From the IMG/VR virus record IMGVR_UViG_3300011982_000022, positions 1-5,206 of that record: a stretch of DNA of 5,206 nucleotides. One strand, written 5' to 3'. Source of the stretch: a virus. Both the position numbers and the translations under genes were made by a program. Position 1 is the first letter of the stretch. Every line of letters starts with the position of its first letter. Below are positions 5,108 through 5,206 of this stretch, one piece after another. The notes below the pieces were generated by a model. It saw only the letters and a program-made list of their open reading frames with translations, was not told where the DNA came from and searched no databases.

Positions 5108-5206
5108 ATTCTTCCTCCAAAACTGAAATAATTTTATAATTACCTTTTACTTGCGCTTTTAATTCTCGAACCATCGGCGTAAGTATCTTGTAATTCCGTC
5201 TACCAA
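5108..5206. repeat. Terminal redundancy copy 2 (same as 1-99)
   Basis: Exact 99-nt identity with window start. It contains the 3' part of the 53-aa ORF a second time. Confidence 0.95.

Noticed and set aside
1-5206. CRISPR arrays, tRNA/rRNA genes, IS elements
   Set aside because: No spaced direct repeats, no cloverleaf-compatible segments, no transposase-like ORFs or terminal inverted repeats. The terminal direct repeat is explained by circularity.

Overview
The window is one complete circular microvirus genome (family Microviridae, gokushovirus-like). Bases 1-99 are identical to 5108-5206, so this is a circular genome opened with a 99-nt terminal redundancy and the unit length is 5107 nt. 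All credible genes are on the minus strand of the window, which is therefore the viral mRNA sense, and they are packed with start/stop overlaps. In minus-strand order they are: replication initiator VP4 (3821-4690, rolling-circle HUH motifs), a 107-aa acidic protein in the VP5 position (3495-3818), major capsid VP1 (1711-3498), a 129-aa acidic scaffold-like protein (1313-1702), and a 273-aa Gly/Ala/Gln-rich VP2-like pilot/minor capsid protein (375-1196). The only real intergenic region (1197-1312) carries two perfect 14-bp hairpins. The most interesting part is the compact accessory stretch between the VP2 stop and the VP4 start, which runs through the circular junction (4693-5107 plus 1-365). 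By hand I found five small ORFs there, each preceded by a strong Shine-Dalgarno site and mostly translationally coupled. Four of them are absent from the ORF track, and the fifth (TM64) is present only inside track ORF 4761..5024 with a different start. They are two small transmembrane proteins (46 and 64 aa), a 53-aa ORF whose stop codon spans the junction, an overlapping 56-aa ORF, and a 23-aa GTG-initiated arginine-rich peptide directly upstream of VP4 (J/VP8-like DNA-binding candidate). All eight plus-strand track ORFs are antisense to these genes, have no SD site and are judged spurious. VP1 contains an AT-rich island with an imperfect 21-nt tandem duplication, likely a variable surface loop.
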